Of a stretch of 64,000 nt of DNA, positions 11,579-25,447 are shown in pieces. The notes beneath the pieces are model-generated. The model had not been told where the DNA came from. It did no database searches and saw only the letters and a list, made by a program, of their open reading frames with translations. Source of the stretch: Octopus sinensis (lineage: Eukaryota). The position numbers and the translations under genes are program-made. The stretch is from positions 20,472,464-20,536,463 of the forward strand of contig NC_043011.1 in assembly GCF_006345805.1 (NCBI RefSeq). Reading direction: 5' to 3'. The stretch's first letter is position 1; every line of letters starts with the position of its first letter.

Positions 11579-12067
11579 CTGTGACCTTTTTCTGAAACAA
11601 GAGGAAATTAACCTCAATCTGCACACCTGAGCCAAATGCTTGCAACGGAGTTGTGATGTTAATTTCAAAAGTAGTTGCTTGTTTATGTTATTTAGCCCCA
11701 AATCTGTTAGCACTGATCGCACAGGCTTATGATCAATGACGTCCCAGTCATGACCATTCCATGTTTTTTGTACCATGATTTACAGTGTCCCATGTAGACA
11801 TCATCATCATCATCATCATCGTTTAACATCCGTTCTCCATGCTAGCACGGGTTGGACGGTTCGACCGGGGATCTGGGAAGCCAGAAGGCTGCACCAGGCT
11901 CCAGTCTTATCTGGCAATCATAATATTTATTATAATATTTATCATAATGTTTATTACAATAACTAATGACATATTTTCCAAAATACAGAATTTGTGACTT
12001 TCTTAGAAACCCCGAATTTGAATCTTTCATAATCTAATTTATCTTGTTTCCATTTTCTTTTTACCAG

Positions 12068-12093
12068 GAAATAAACGTCAATGCAATGCTTTG
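12068..12093 (+). CDS. Candidate 26-nt micro-exon of the phosphatase, (G)NKRQCNAL
   Basis: Strong polypyrimidine acceptor (ccattttctttttaccag) and GTGAGT donor. In frame with the phase-1 end of the 10280-10390 exon. No homology support. Confidence 0.5.
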
Positions 12094-13343
12094 GTGAGTA
12101 TACCCATTTCAACATCCTTGAAAACTTCAATTTGCTGTACCCTTTGGTACATGCATGTCTCATTTTATCAAAGCTTTATTATTTCCACTTTCCACATGTA
12201 CATTGTGTATGTTTATACTATACATATTGTATATTGGTTTCATAGTATTTCCAAAGTATATATGTAACTTATATAGCTGATATATAAACAGGACAAATTT
12301 AGCTATTTCTCTGTGGTAAGAAGCTTGCTTCCCAACCACATGGTTCCAAGTTCAGTCCTACTGTATGGCACCTTGGGCAAGTGTCTTCTAATATGGCCTT
12401 GGGCCAACCAAAGCCTTGTGAGTGGATTTGGTAGACGGAAACTGAAAGAAGCCTGTTGTATATATATATACAAGGTGCAGTGAATAAATTATCATCTAAA
12501 TTACGCAAAAATGAAAATAATGCTGATATCTCATTTTAACTTATATTTACCTAAAGTACATAAAAATTATCTTGAAATACTAAAGAGTAATCAGATTTCC
12601 CTTTGCTTGCTTCTAAGTATTTTTATAGCCCAACTGTTGCTACTTTGTAGTAGATCTCTATTTGTATCAGACCCCATCCTACTTGTATGAAGCATACATA
12701 TAATCTATTTGTATCAGCTTTAGGATAGTGGCTTCAGGTCACTATTAGAAGTTTCCTTTTATTTTCTGTTAGACCTCATCAATTCATTTAATTTCCATTT
12801 AATTGGAGCTGCAGTTTTTAATAAAAAATGTATTTATATCATTTGAACCTTATTAGTTTTATTTCATTATAATCATCTATGGATGATTCTGGTCTTACTT
12901 TCAGTGTCTTGGATTTCATTTGATCTCTACTGCTTTGATTCAATTTCCCTTTCTTATTGTAGCTTCATCACATTTGTACAGGACTTTTCTCATTTTTATA
13001 TCTTAGCTGAATTCATAAATGATTTTTAGCAAGTACTCCAGCAAGATATTGTCTCATGCAAATGGTTTAAAGTCATCCTTAGAGAGGAAATGCTTAGTGG
13101 TATATCTGTAGCATTTATAATCATTGGTGGTATCATGCAGCGAACTTGTAAATGAGGTCAGAGCTAGGTAGAAGAGCAGAGGGGATAAGGTTACCTCCCT
13201 CAAAAATTCCCCTTCTTATGACTATAGAACTTGATTTAATCACTTTTTCTTTTATCATCATCATCGCCTTCAATATTACCTTCAACATCATCACTATCAT
13301 GTTATTATTAATGATAATAATATTCTAATCATCTTCATTTCAG

Positions 13344-13409
13344 AAACCATCAACACACCAAAGAGAAGAGACAGATTGTTATTACACCACAAAGGATTTC
13401 TCCAAATGA
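13344..13409 (+). CDS. Candidate terminal exon of the phosphatase (KPSTHQREETDCYYTTKDFSK* if entered in phase 0)
   Basis: Acceptor atcttcatttcag. Frame is ambiguous because other phases are also open for about 30 codons. Confidence 0.25.
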   Translation, partial: KPSTHQREETDCYYTTKDFSK

Positions 13410-13708
13410 TGGATTACAAACATTACTACAGAAATATTTAAATGAAAACTAAGACAAAACAAAATTCCACAAAAAGACTCCTGTACATACTAAGTAGATT
13501 TTGAAAAAAAAACTACTTGATATATTTTATAATTTATTACACTTTATAACTAAATATTTCCTACCATCAACAAAGCAATATATTCTTATTGATCTATTTT
13601 CCTATTACATATTCACTTGGTGCATATCAAATAATAATGATTTCTTTCCTTGGCACATGGCTTTAAAATGCTTAGGGTGTGGGAACAACCTGTAATATTG
13701 ACTCATTT

Positions 13709-14090
13709 ACTTGACTGAGATTGGTACAAGACTAACAGTGATGAAAAGGAAAAACAAATCGATTATATCGACTCCAATACATCGTTGAACTTAGCACAAG
13801 GCTATAAGTTTGGGAAGCTGAGAACCATTGGTTGTATTGATCCAGTACTTCACTGGAATTGGCAAAAAAACTATGAATTGAGGTGCTAGGAGGAATCGAT
13901 ATAATGACTCTGGAACTTGGCTGAAATTGGCACAAGGCTTATAAATTGTGCAGTTGGGAGTTAGGGACTGTATCAATCAATATGATCATTCTAGGACTTG
14001 ACTGAAATTGGTATGAGGCTATAGACTGAAGATGGGGCTGGTGTTGAGCCAATCAATATAATGACGCTAGGACTTGGTTGAAATTGGAAC
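13709..14090 (+). repeat. Degenerate tandem array, about 6 units of 67-81 bp
   Basis: ACTTG(G/A)CTGAAATTGG-like anchors near 13709, 13780, 13848, 13915, 13996 and 14072. Confidence 0.65.
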
Positions 14091-16409
14091 ATCTATGAAA
14101 TTAATATAATATAGTCAGTCATAAAGATTTCCAGTATATGTAACCTGGTATTTATTTTATCAAGTCCAGAAGAATGAACGGTAAAATTGATCCATTAAGA
14201 TTTTGAACACAGAACATGAATGTAAATGAAGTAAATACTATTGTAAGAAATTTAATTTGGTGCACTATTATTTCTATCATTCCACTGTTTTTGTGTACTT
14301 ATGAAATTGATGCATATCATCACTTTCTGTAGTGTTTAAGTATATGTGAGTGATAAGTCTCCAATTCCACCTTGGCTAGGATGGTAGTATTATACAGGAC
14401 GTGCTACCAAAAAATCCAGTATCTTTTTTTATTTAGCTTTTTTATTGTTTTGTCAAATGTGGATGGATACATCTACAGCCGTTTTTAGTGTCTTTTAAAT
14501 CAAAAGGAGAAAGGGAGGATATTGTCCTGAGAAAAGAGTCTGGACCAAATAATTGCAATAGAGTAAATTCTGTTGAAGGCACCCAAGGGCAGGAGATGAT
14601 ATTAAACTGGGAGATGATTCAGTTCACCAACCAATAACAGAATTTCCATCTCACAGTTTCTGTCTAAATTTAATCCACAAGGATTTGGCCTACTAACAGC
14701 CTAAAGTAGAAGACACTTGTCCAAGGGGCTGTGCTGTTAAACGGAACCTGAAACTTCATAATAATATCTGGTATTCCAATAATAACAAGGGTTCTAGTTG
14801 ATCTGATCAACAGAACAGCCTGCTCATGAAATTAGCATGCAAGTTGCTGTTAATTTCTAGAAATTAACCGTGTAATTTCTTTTACCGGACACACGTGCCC
14901 TTAATGTAGTTCTCAGAGAGATTCAGAGTGACACAGAATGTGACAAGGCTGGCCCTTTGTATTGCAGGTACTACTCATTTTTGCCAGCTGAGTGGACGAG
15001 AGCAATGCAAAATAAAATGTCTTGTTCAAGGACACAACAAGTTGCCAGGAATTGAACTCACAATCTTATGATTGTGAGCCAAAATCCTCACCACTAAGTT
15101 ATGAAACAAATATCTTAACCAAACACACATCCATACCATACCTATATACTTCAAAAGACCAAGGATCTATCAGTAGCTATTATTCCTCACAGTTAGAGAA
15201 AACTGAAGCAACTTAAAATTAAGGGGCCTGTTTCAGAAAGGGAAACATAAGAAAATGTCTGAAGTAAGATGTGAACTCAGAAACTATCAGCTTGTAGCCT
15301 AATGCTCTACTGACTCAGCCAAACTAAATAGAAGAAAGGCAGTATCTATTGTTGTTAGCTATCAGTTCCATCAAACTTCCTTTTCAGTCATGAAACAACT
15401 TCTTAAGTGTTAACATCTTAACCTTGACATAATTTCCCCTATTCAACAATAACAATAGCAACATCATAATCAAAAACAACATCAGAATCAACACCAACTA
15501 TTTTTTATAAGCTAACAGCTCGGCTTCTGTGGTCAAGCTACCTGCTAGAAGTAGCAGCCAAATCTCCCTCACATTCTCTCTCCACCATGCTTTTAAAACT
15601 GGATATGTTGATTAATGTGGTCCTTGATTCCTTGCACATAAAGGTAAAAATAGGATGGTCACAGGTGGAATCTTTAATCACAATTTGCTAACCCGAAGTT
15701 AAACAACAACCCCATTATTAGCAACATTATCTTTTACTTCAAGAACAGGTAACCGTTGGTCACAGGAAACACATCATCATCATCATCATCATCACTGTTT
15801 TAATGTCTAGTTTGTTATGCTTGCATAGGATAAGCAAGAGTATGTTGGAGCAGGATTTTCTCAGGCCAGGTGCCCTCCCTAGTTCCCTAGATCTAACCTC
15901 CATCTGTTTCCAAGTGAGGTAGTAATATCTCAGTCTATCAAACAATGAAAATGCTTGAACATTGTTATGCAGAGAACTGAGGACAGACAATGCACAGGTT
16001 TATTCAAATGGATCTGCTTTTGCAGTGGACTACAAGCAAATGACACCGTCATTGTACAGAAAATGCAAACAAACAAGAAGGCAAGGAGAGAAACAAACTC
16101 ACACACACACACACTCAAATTCCGTCGAGGTCGACTTTGCCTTTCGTCCTTTCAGGGTCGATTAAAATAAGTACCAGTTACGCACTGGGGTTGATATAAT
16201 CGACTTAATCCATTTGTCTGTCCTTCTTTGTCCTCTCTGTGTTTGGCCCCCTTGTGGGTAGTAAAGAAATAGGTATTTCGTCTGCCGCTACATTCAGAGT
16301 TCAAATTTCGCCGAGGTAGACTTTGCCTTTCATCCAAGCAAATGACACCATCATTGTTCAGAAAATGTAAACAAACATGAAGACAAGGAGAGAAACAAAC
16401 TCACTCACA

Positions 16410-16458
<49 letters not shown>

Positions 16459-16461
16459 ACA

Positions 16462-16502
<41 letters not shown>

Positions 16503-16689
16503 CATATACACACATACACATAGGTGTTGTATGGTTGAGATGCAGTTTCTGGTTCAGTCCCACTATTACAGCTCAGGATCAACCAAAGCCATCTAAGTAG
16601 ATTTGAGAGATGGAAATTGGAAGAAGCCTTTGCATGTGCATTTGTGTGTGTGTGTGCATGAGAGAGAGAAAGAGAGAGAGAGAGAGAGT

Positions 16690-17017
16690 TAGTTCCTTCC
16701 TTCTCGAGCCATGCCTGGCTCATAAGGGCCGGTTTCCCGGTTTCTTGGCGTATAGGTTCCCCACCTGGACGGGATGCTGGTCCGTCGCAGGTGAGCTGCA
16801 AGATGTAGGAGGAAAGAGTGAGAGAAAGTTGTGTCGAAAGAGTCAGCAGAAGTTTCGCCATTACCTTCTGCCGGAGCCGCATGGAGCTTAGGTGTTTTCG
16901 CTCATAAACACACACATCACCCAGTCTGCGATTCAAACCCGTGATCCAAACCCGCGATCCAAACCCGCGATCCAAACCCGCGAGTCCGCTGCTCTAACCA
17001 CTAGGCCATGTGCCTCC
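16690..17017 (-). mobile_element. tRNA-derived SINE family 3
   Basis: Head GGAGGC(G/A)CA(A)TGGC(C/T)(C)AGTGGTTAG...GGTTTCGATTCCC. Copies at 18035-18325 (-), 21810-22130 (+), 35940-36197 (-), 56375-56668 (-) and 63395-63560 (+). Confidence 0.85.
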
Positions 17018-17719
17018 ACAGAGAGAGAGAGAGTGATTTTGTATTTCTCAAGTCTCCTTATCTGTTTGTTTGCCAATTTGTAAACAATAGTTTCTTGACA
17101 TCTTATCTGACCTTTACAAACAAAACACTTGTTTCAGTGTTATTTGTTTGCAGCTCTCCATACAAACATGTCTGGGCTGCTTGTTGTTTAAATACATTGC
17201 TAGATTATTACTACTATAATAGATGGAGATTAGTGTCAGGGAGTGCTTCTGGCCATAGAAAACTCACTCCCAACATACTCTCATCTGATCCATTGAAGTA
17301 TGGAAAACTAAATAGTCAAACAATGATGGTGATATATGTATGTATGTATGTATGTATAGATAGATAGATAGATAGATAGATAGGTAGATAGATAGACAGA
17401 CAGACAGACAAACAGAGAGATAGATAGATAGATGGATAGACAGAGAGATAGATAGACAGAGAGATAGATAGATAGATAGATAGATATAAGGCAACAAGCT
17501 GGCAGAATCGTTAGCACACCAGGTGAAGTGCTTAGTGGTATTTCGGCTGCCTCTGTGTTCTGAGTTCAAATTCCGCCAAGGTCGACTTTGCCTTTCATCC
17601 TTTCGGGGTCAATTAAATAAATACCAGTTACGCACTGGGGTTGATCTGCTCGACTTAATCCGTTTGTCTGTCCTTGTTTGTCCCCTCTGTGTGTAGCCCC
17701 TTGTGGGCAGATAAGAAAT

Positions 17720-17808
<89 letters not shown>

Positions 17809-18342
17809 GGAGTTAAACACAGGTGTTATTCAAATTTAAACCTGCGTTTAACTCCATTTATTTATTTATCTATATTATTCAAAAACATTCCACCTAAACC
17901 TGGAGTTTCTACCTTTATAAGTAGGCTGCTACATCCCAGGTACCTGTGTGAATTTTTGCTACACTGGAAACTATTTATTTATTTTTTCCATGCTATTTGT
18001 AAACACTGAATAAACATACATACATTTATATATCACTGTGATCACCTTGACCGACCAGGCTATCAGATGTTGCTACACATCGCTGGTCACAATGCTCTTC
18101 ACATTGTTTTAGCCTTCAAATGACGCCACCCCGCCGGCTAAGCAAGCAAGCCAACAGAAGAAAGAGTGAGAGAAAGTTGTGGCGAAAGAATATAGCAGGG
18201 ATCGCCACGACCCCCTGCCGGAGCCTCATGGAGCTTTAGATATTTTCGCTCAATAAACACTCACAACGCCTGGTCTGGGAATCGAAACTGCAATCCTACA
18301 ACCGCAAGTCCGCTGCCCTAACCACTTATTTATTTTTATATG

Positions 18343-18371
<29 letters not shown>

Positions 18372-18373
<2 letters not shown>

Positions 18374-19661
18374 GGGTTAAATTCATCCTGGAAAATAACT
18401 TCTTCGCCTTCAATGACAACTTCTACCGACAAAAATCGGGGACTGCGATGGGTACACGAATGGCCCCCTCCTTTGCCAACCTAGTCATAGGATACCTAGA
18501 GATCAGTCTGTATCGTAAGGTTCTAGAAAGATATGGCAGCCCTTTCTCCATCTACATAGAAAACAACTGGAAGAGATATCTAGATGACTGTTTCATCCCT
18601 TGGCATAAAAATATAGAAAAACTCATAGAATTCCAGAAAATTTTAAACGGACTGGACGTAAACATCCAATTCACGATGGAATATAGCCAACAACAACTCC
18701 CCTTCCTCGATATCCTCATTAAGAAAGCTAATAATATAATAGAAACAGACATATACTATAAGCCTACAGACTCTAAGCAATATCTTCCATTCAATTCATG
18801 CCACCCCAGACACACCAGGATGAATATCCCCTTCAATCTAGCAAAAAGGATATGCACTATAGTCTCTAACGCAAACACCAGAGACACACGACTACAAGAA
18901 CTAAAAGATACCCTAATCACCAGGAACTATCCACCTTCACTTATTGACAAATGCATTCAACGTGCCCTTCAACTTAACATCAAGGAACTGAGACATCCCA
19001 AATCAAAGAAAACTTACAACCAAAAGCCTTACCATACATCTCCACACACAACCCTCTCAATAACGAAGCCTTCGACACCATCCTCCACAACATACCCCTC
19101 CTAAAAAAAGACCACAGAATGAACACAATCCTCCAAACACACACGATCATAAAAAGCAAAAGACAGCCTAGATCCATGAAAAGTCTCCTTACACAAGCCC
19201 GAATTCACTCTTCAACACAGAAGCCGACAGTAAAAAAATGTGGAAGACCCAATTGCGGGATATGCGACTATCTAATCGAGGGTTCTGAGTTCTCCTTCAA
19301 ACAGGGACAACATTTTACAGTGAAAAGCAACTTCACATGTGCTTCGGAGAACCTAATATACTCACTAACCTGCTCCGGGTGTCAAGAGCAGTACATAGGC
19401 CAAACAAAAAATGGTTTGCGTAAACGAATGGCCCTGCACAGATCCCAGATAAAAATTCCCCAAAACAGAAAAATAGCTTTTAGCCAACACATAGATACTT
19501 GCGCCAACAAAAAAACACCAAACTTCAGAATTTTCCCCCTCTACCAATTTAGGGACGATACAACCTCGAGACAACGAATAAGTAAAGAAAATCTCTTTAT
19601 TACAAAATACAAGCCACTTCTTAACGGTCTACGACAAACAATTAATATACCTCAACTTTAG
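18372..19661 (+). pseudogene. PLE reverse transcriptase/GIY-YIG ORF, frameshifted and 5'-truncated
   Basis: ORFs 18340-19104 and 19119-19661 join into one RT-EN frame with a shift near 19020. Confidence 0.9.
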
Positions 19662-20360
19662 AATAAAAGAAAAAATATATATACACACACAATACTACAC
19701 TCCATAGAATCCATTACTAATCAGCCCCTTCATAGCTATATTTACACCCATTCATATTCTCCCTTCTCTGTTTTTTCTTCTTCTTCTTCTTCCTCTTCTT
19801 CTTCATCATCATCGTTATCATCATCATCATCGGCATCATCATCATCGCCACCATCATCACCACCATCTTCTCCTTCTCCTCCTTCTTCTTCTTCTTCTTC
19901 TTCATCATCATCGTTATCATCATCATCGTCGTCATAATCATCACCACCATCACCATCATCGTCATCTTCTCCTTCTCCTTCTCCTTCTTCTTCTTCTTCT
20001 TCTTCTTCTCCACCCCCTACCCCTTAAGTTTGTCACTAATGTTTTTTAGTATAACACCTACGCTAATTCTATAAACAAGCCTGTCAATATAAATATTCTC
20101 CTGAATTGAACTGAGACTGCCAGCCGCCACTGACCATTCAAAATACGACCATCAGGGCACTCCCAGATTCTCCCACCCCCTTTCCTCACCAGCCTTCCCT
20201 CTACTACCCTACCAAGAACTCACAACTACCTCGAACACACAAGTGCAAACAAGGGAGTCAGAGAAAGCAGAATGCCACTTAAATCTGAACACTACTATAG
20301 AAATATTCTTTTAAAAAAACTTTTCTTCTAATTTTTCTAAATTTAATTATTTAATCGTTA

Positions 20361-20398
20361 CAGTTGAAAAGGTCTCAAAATGACCGAAACCGGTACTG
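20361..20398 (+). ncRNA. Hammerhead ribozyme with U3-A8 core variant at the PLE 3' end
   Basis: CAG-TTGAAAA-GGTC-tcaaaat-GACC-GAAA-CCGG-T-A-CTG: palindromic ACCGGT stem III, GUA triplet. Confidence 0.7.
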
Positions 20399-20450
20399 AA
20401 ATGTTCACTATAAAATTATTTTAGCATTTTCTATTTTTACTTGTTTTTTC

Positions 20451-20558
<108 letters not shown>

Positions 20559-22846
20559 GTATATGTATATGTTTGTGTGTCTGTGTTTGTCTCCCCACCA
20601 TCGCTTGACAACCAATGTTGGTGTGTTGATGTCCTCATAACCTAGTAGTTTAGCAAAAGAGACTAACAGATTAAGTACTAGGCTAAGAAAAGAGTAAGTC
20701 ATGGGGCCAATTTGTTCAACTAAATGTGGTGCTCCAGCATGACTGCAGTCAAATGACTGAAACAAGTAAAAGAATAAAAGGAAAAATCACAAGATAGTTG
20801 ATAACTGTGTTAAAAATCCTCATACTGCTAATAAAAAATGAAGATCAAATAATCTTTAATAAAATCTCAAATTCTTTTAATATATAAAAAAAGCTAACAT
20901 AGGAAACTGGCAGTAACGTTAGCACGCCGGGCAAAATACTTTGTGGTAGTTCATCTCTCTTTACATTCTGAGTTCAAATTCTCTCAAGGTCGACTTTGCC
21001 TTTCATCCTTTCAGGGTTGATAAATTAAGTACCAGTTGCATACTGGGGTTGTTCTAATCGAAAGGTCCCTTCCCTAAAAATTTCAGGCCTTGTGCCTAGA
21101 GTAGAAAAGAATATAAAAACAACTATAAAATTTTAAAGATAGAATAAATGCTAACCTAGATATGGATCAAAATGGAAGAATACTTACTCCTTCAAAAAAC
21201 TGGCATAAACATCAAGATCATGATAATAATTATTACACAAAAAATAGCTTGTGGTTAATTATTCCATTTGGTAAGCAAGTGAATTATTATTTTTGGCACG
21301 TAAAAAGCACCAATCCGATCGTGGCCGTTGCCAGCCATGCCTGGCACGTAAAAAGTACCCACTACACTCACAGAGTGGTTGGCGTTAGGAAGGGCATCAA
21401 GCTGTAGAAACAGTGCCAGATCAGACTGGAGTCTGGTGCAGCCTTCTGGCTTCCCAGATCCCGGTCGAACCATCTAACCCATGCTAGCATAGAAAACGGA
21501 CGTTAAACGATGATGATGATGATGTTCAAAGCAGCAATAGAAAGATATTTTCCTATAACTATATTATAGAATCTTTAATAAACATAAGAACTGTAAAAAT
21601 AATACTGAAATGTCAAAAAAACCTTTTCTAATCAGAGAAGCAAAGTAAATATTCAGAATAATAATGTTAAACAGAATTAAAAAACTCAAATAGAAGAAAA
21701 CACTAAAAATTTAAAAGTCACTGAAAGGGAGACAACCCAACTTAACATAATTAATAACGTAGAATTGAATAAAAATTCAGCTGGAAATAGAGCAAATATA
21801 ATGTTATATGGTGGAGGCGCAATGGCTCAGTGATTAGGGCAGTGGACTCACGGTCGGAGGATCGCGGTTTCAATTCCCAGACCAGGCATTGTTTGTGTTT
21901 ATTGAGTGAAAACACCTAAAGCTCCACGAGGCTCCGGCAGGGGGTGGTAGCGACCCCTGTTGTACTCTTTCACTCCAACTTTCTCTTTGTCTCACTCTTT
22001 CTTCCTGTTTCTTGAGTAATGGTGCGATGGACTGGCATCCCGTCCAGCTGGGGGGAACACATACGCCACAGAAACCAGGAAACTGGGCCCATGAGCCTGG
22101 CTAGGTTTGAAAAGGGTGCATAAAATAAAAAAAGAATAATGTTATATGAAAGAGTAAATAGTAATAAAGAACTTGGTAGAAATGAATTTGATTTTACCAC
22201 ACACAGTCAAATTAATACTAAATCAGAGAGAAATATAAAACAATTATATCTGCAATTGTTCTAAATGGGGTTCCTGTTATGTGCATAATAAATGTAAAAC
22301 TAAAAATGTTATATATAGATGTAAAGTTACATCTGTGGGAAATTAATGCTTTTACATTGGTACAACTGTACTAATTTTCAAAAAGAGACTGCTTAATCAC
22401 ATAAGTTCATTTAGAGATAAAAAGAAAAGATTCCAAACAAGTCTAAGTAAATTAATCTGGTCTATTAAAGACAGAAGCAAAGGCTATACCATCAGCTGAG
22501 AATTGGTTAGTACTAAAAAACCATACAGACCATGAACTAATAAATGTGACCTATGTTTAGAAGAATTTTACCAAATTTTTACATTTAAGGGTAATATGAT
22601 AAATTCTAGACAGAAACAAGCTTTAAGATGCTTGCATATGAGGAAATTTACCATTGCTCAATATAAATGAGTAATAAACATTTAAACAACAAAATGTTTT
22701 AAAATAACTGGCTACAAGTGATTATCCGATCAAAACTTGAATTGAAGATAGTTTGTGTTTAAATTAATGAACAATTCCTCATCATATAATGCAGAATAGA
22801 TAAACAAGAAACTTTAAAGGGTTAAATCAAAGGATATTAAAGTTAA

Positions 22847-22925
22847 GACCCTGAAGAAACTGCACTGGTATTATAGTAGGGTTACAAATGCAACAATTAC
22901 TAATCAATGCAGCAGAAACATGTGT
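22847..22925 (+). ncRNA. Degenerate hammerhead-like motif
   Basis: CTGAAGA...CTGCA/TGCAG stem...GAAA-CATG-T-G. Position 17 is G and stem I is poor, so it is probably inactive. Confidence 0.4.
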
Positions 22926-22941
22926 AGCTCGATTTGAAGTT

Positions 22942-22976
<35 letters not shown>

Positions 22977-22979
<3 letters not shown>

Positions 22980-23130
22980 AAAAAAAAGTCAAGATAGAAA
23001 ATGCTAAAATAATTTTATAAAACACATTTCCGTACCGGTTTCAGTCATTGAGACTTTTTCAACTGTAACAATTAAATAATTAAATTTTGAAAAATTAAAA
23101 GAAAAGTTTTTTTAAAAGAATATTTGTATA
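22977..23130 (-). mobile_element. Solo 3' end of the same PLE family, with the U3-A8 HHR at 23030-23065
   Basis: Reverse complement of about 20290-20450. Flanked by (TA)n. Confidence 0.85.
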
Positions 23131-23295
23131 GTATATATATATATATGTATGTATATATACAATTGCAGCATGGAAGGTGTTTGTAAGCCATTTAAGAAAC
23201 ACACAAAATCCGTTAGATTCACTTCAACATTTAAATTTAATTTGTCAAAATATTTTCATTGCTTTGAGGTCGCAACCTGTTCACTGACAAAATTT

Positions 23296-23820
23296 GATTC
23301 TAGACCTTGCTTACACACCCTGAACTTCATCTCTAGTTCGGGCAGTGACTCGGCTATTAGAGCAAGGTCATCAGCATAGAGGAGCTCTCAGGGGTAGCCT
23401 GTCTTGAATCCCTCTGTTATTGCTTGGAGAACTATAAAGCATAAGAAGGGGCTGAGGACTGATCCTTGGTGAACCCCTACTTCTACCCGGAATTCTTCAC
23501 TATACTCATTGCCAACCCTCACCTTACTGACAGCATCTCTGTACAGGGCTTGTACAGCTCTTACCAACCACTTGTCTATACTCAGTTTCCGCATTGACCA
23601 CCAGATAAGGGATCGGGGAACTCTGTCAAAGGGTTTCTCCAAGTCAGCAAAAACCAAGTTCAAAGGTTTATCTTTGGCTAGATATTTCTCATGCAGTTTC
23701 CTTACCAGAAATACAGCATCAGTGGTGCTTCTGCCTGGCACAAAACCAAACTGCATCACATCTAGACTAACTCTCTCCCTAATTAGTTGGGCTATGACCC
23801 TCTCTGTAACTTTCATCACC
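23296..23820 (-). pseudogene. RTE-clade reverse transcriptase fragment
   Basis: QFGFVPGRSTTDA, FADLEKPFDRVP and GVHQGSVLSP, then past an in-frame stop ELLYADDLALIAES. Confidence 0.92.
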
Positions 23821-25326
23821 TAATACAAGTGTGTGTGTGTGTGTGCGTGCGTATGTGCATGTGTGTGTGTGTGTTTGTGTCTATGTTTGTCCCCCTCCTC
23901 ATTACTGCTTGACAACCACTGCTGATGTGTTTACATTCCCAATACTTAGCAGTTCAGCAAAAGAGACAGTTAAGTTACAGGGTCAATACATTCAACTAAA
24001 AATTCTTTGAGGCGGTGCCCCAGCATGGCCACAGTCTAATGACAGAAACAAGTAAAAGATAGATAAAAGAAAGATAAAAACAAAAACAACAGCAAAATTC
24101 TACATTTCCAACAACAATGATAAGAATATCAACAACCTCTTTGTTAACAACAGAACAGGATTATTTTAATTTATATCTTTCATTTATTGAAGACAATATG
24201 ACATGTTTTGAAGGTGTGGCTGCTATTTCTAACATCATTAACCTCAATATTTTGTTCTCCCAACTACCAAACACTTATCTGGGATGAGTTTTTATGGCAA
24301 TCTGAGTGTGATCATTTGACATACTAAAAATAGTCGACAATTTCCCACTGAGTCATATAAGCTGAGGGAGCCTCTAGCTAGTTGTTTGACCAGCTAGAAA
24401 AGGCAGTTAAATTCTCTCAGGATAACTTGAGCCAAATAAGGGAGTCTCTATCCACTTGTTCAACCAGCTAAAAACAAAAATCAAATTCTCTCAAAATCAT
24501 GAGCCAACAAGGGAACCTCAACAAGGTCATTCAACGTGCTAGAAATAGCAGCCAATTTACCTCGATTCACACGGTTACTCTCATGAAGGAAATGACACAC
24601 TTAATGTCATTGTAGATACTCCCGAAAAGATAGGATGGTCAAGACTGTAATACCTTTGCTCATGGGTTTGCTTAATCAGAACTGACCTTGAGATATACAA
24701 CAACCAATAAAAATTTCTGTGTCATCTAAAAAAAGGAAAAAAGAAACAAGGAAGGAAAGATTCATTGTAGTCTTAGATACACATGAGGACAAATATCCGT
24801 CAAATGTAAATAATGTAAATAATGTAAAAACTTTCATATATGGCATCATTCAGTATATTTGTATATGGCATAATTTATTAGTAATCTCCCCCTTAATTTT
24901 TATTTACTTTTTTACATGTCTAATTTTTTATTTACTTTTTTACATTCTAAACTGAACAATTACCCTTAATATCCACTAAATAATCATACTTTATCACACT
25001 TGTTTTTTGCTAAAAGCCTTCCTGATTACCTACTTCCTAATCCTGAAAAACATTGTTATCATTGTCCAGCCGTTTGACCATGAAGAGGGAACAGACAAAC
25101 AGACAGATAGACAGACGGACATAACACCCATTATAGTAATATATATGTGCATGTGTGTGTGTGTGTGTCATCCAACACTCTTGGCTTCTAACTGAAGTAA
25201 AGAAGAAGGGTGGAAGGAGTTCAAAGAGCTCTTACCTTAACTAACAACAAAGAGCTTTTGTTTTGCCTGTTAAGTTCTACTCCTTCGGTGGGAAAAAAAA
25301 ATTTACCAACAACAACAGATCAGTAT

Positions 25327-25447
25327 CTTCTTCTTCTTCTTCTTCTTCTTCTTCTTCTTCTTCTTCTTCTCTTCTTCTTCTCTTCTTCTTCTTTTCTTCT
25401 TCTTCTTCTTCTTCTTCTTCTTCTTCTTCTTCTTCTTCTTCTTCTTC
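25327..25447. repeat. (CTT)n microsatellite
   Basis: Directly visible, slightly interrupted. Confidence 0.95.

Larger units (their letters stand above)
18372..20450 (+). mobile_element. 5'-truncated Penelope-like retroelement (RT, CxxxxCxxC linker, GIY-YIG endonuclease, 3' pLTR), Neptune-like
   Basis: RT motifs GTAMGTRMAPSFANL, WKRYLDD, LPFLD and YKPTDSKQYLPFNSCHP. Linker CGRPNCGIC and endonuclease NLIYSLTCSGCQEQYIGQT...RMALH. One frameshift near 19020. Bounded by (TA)n on both sides. Confidence 0.92.
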
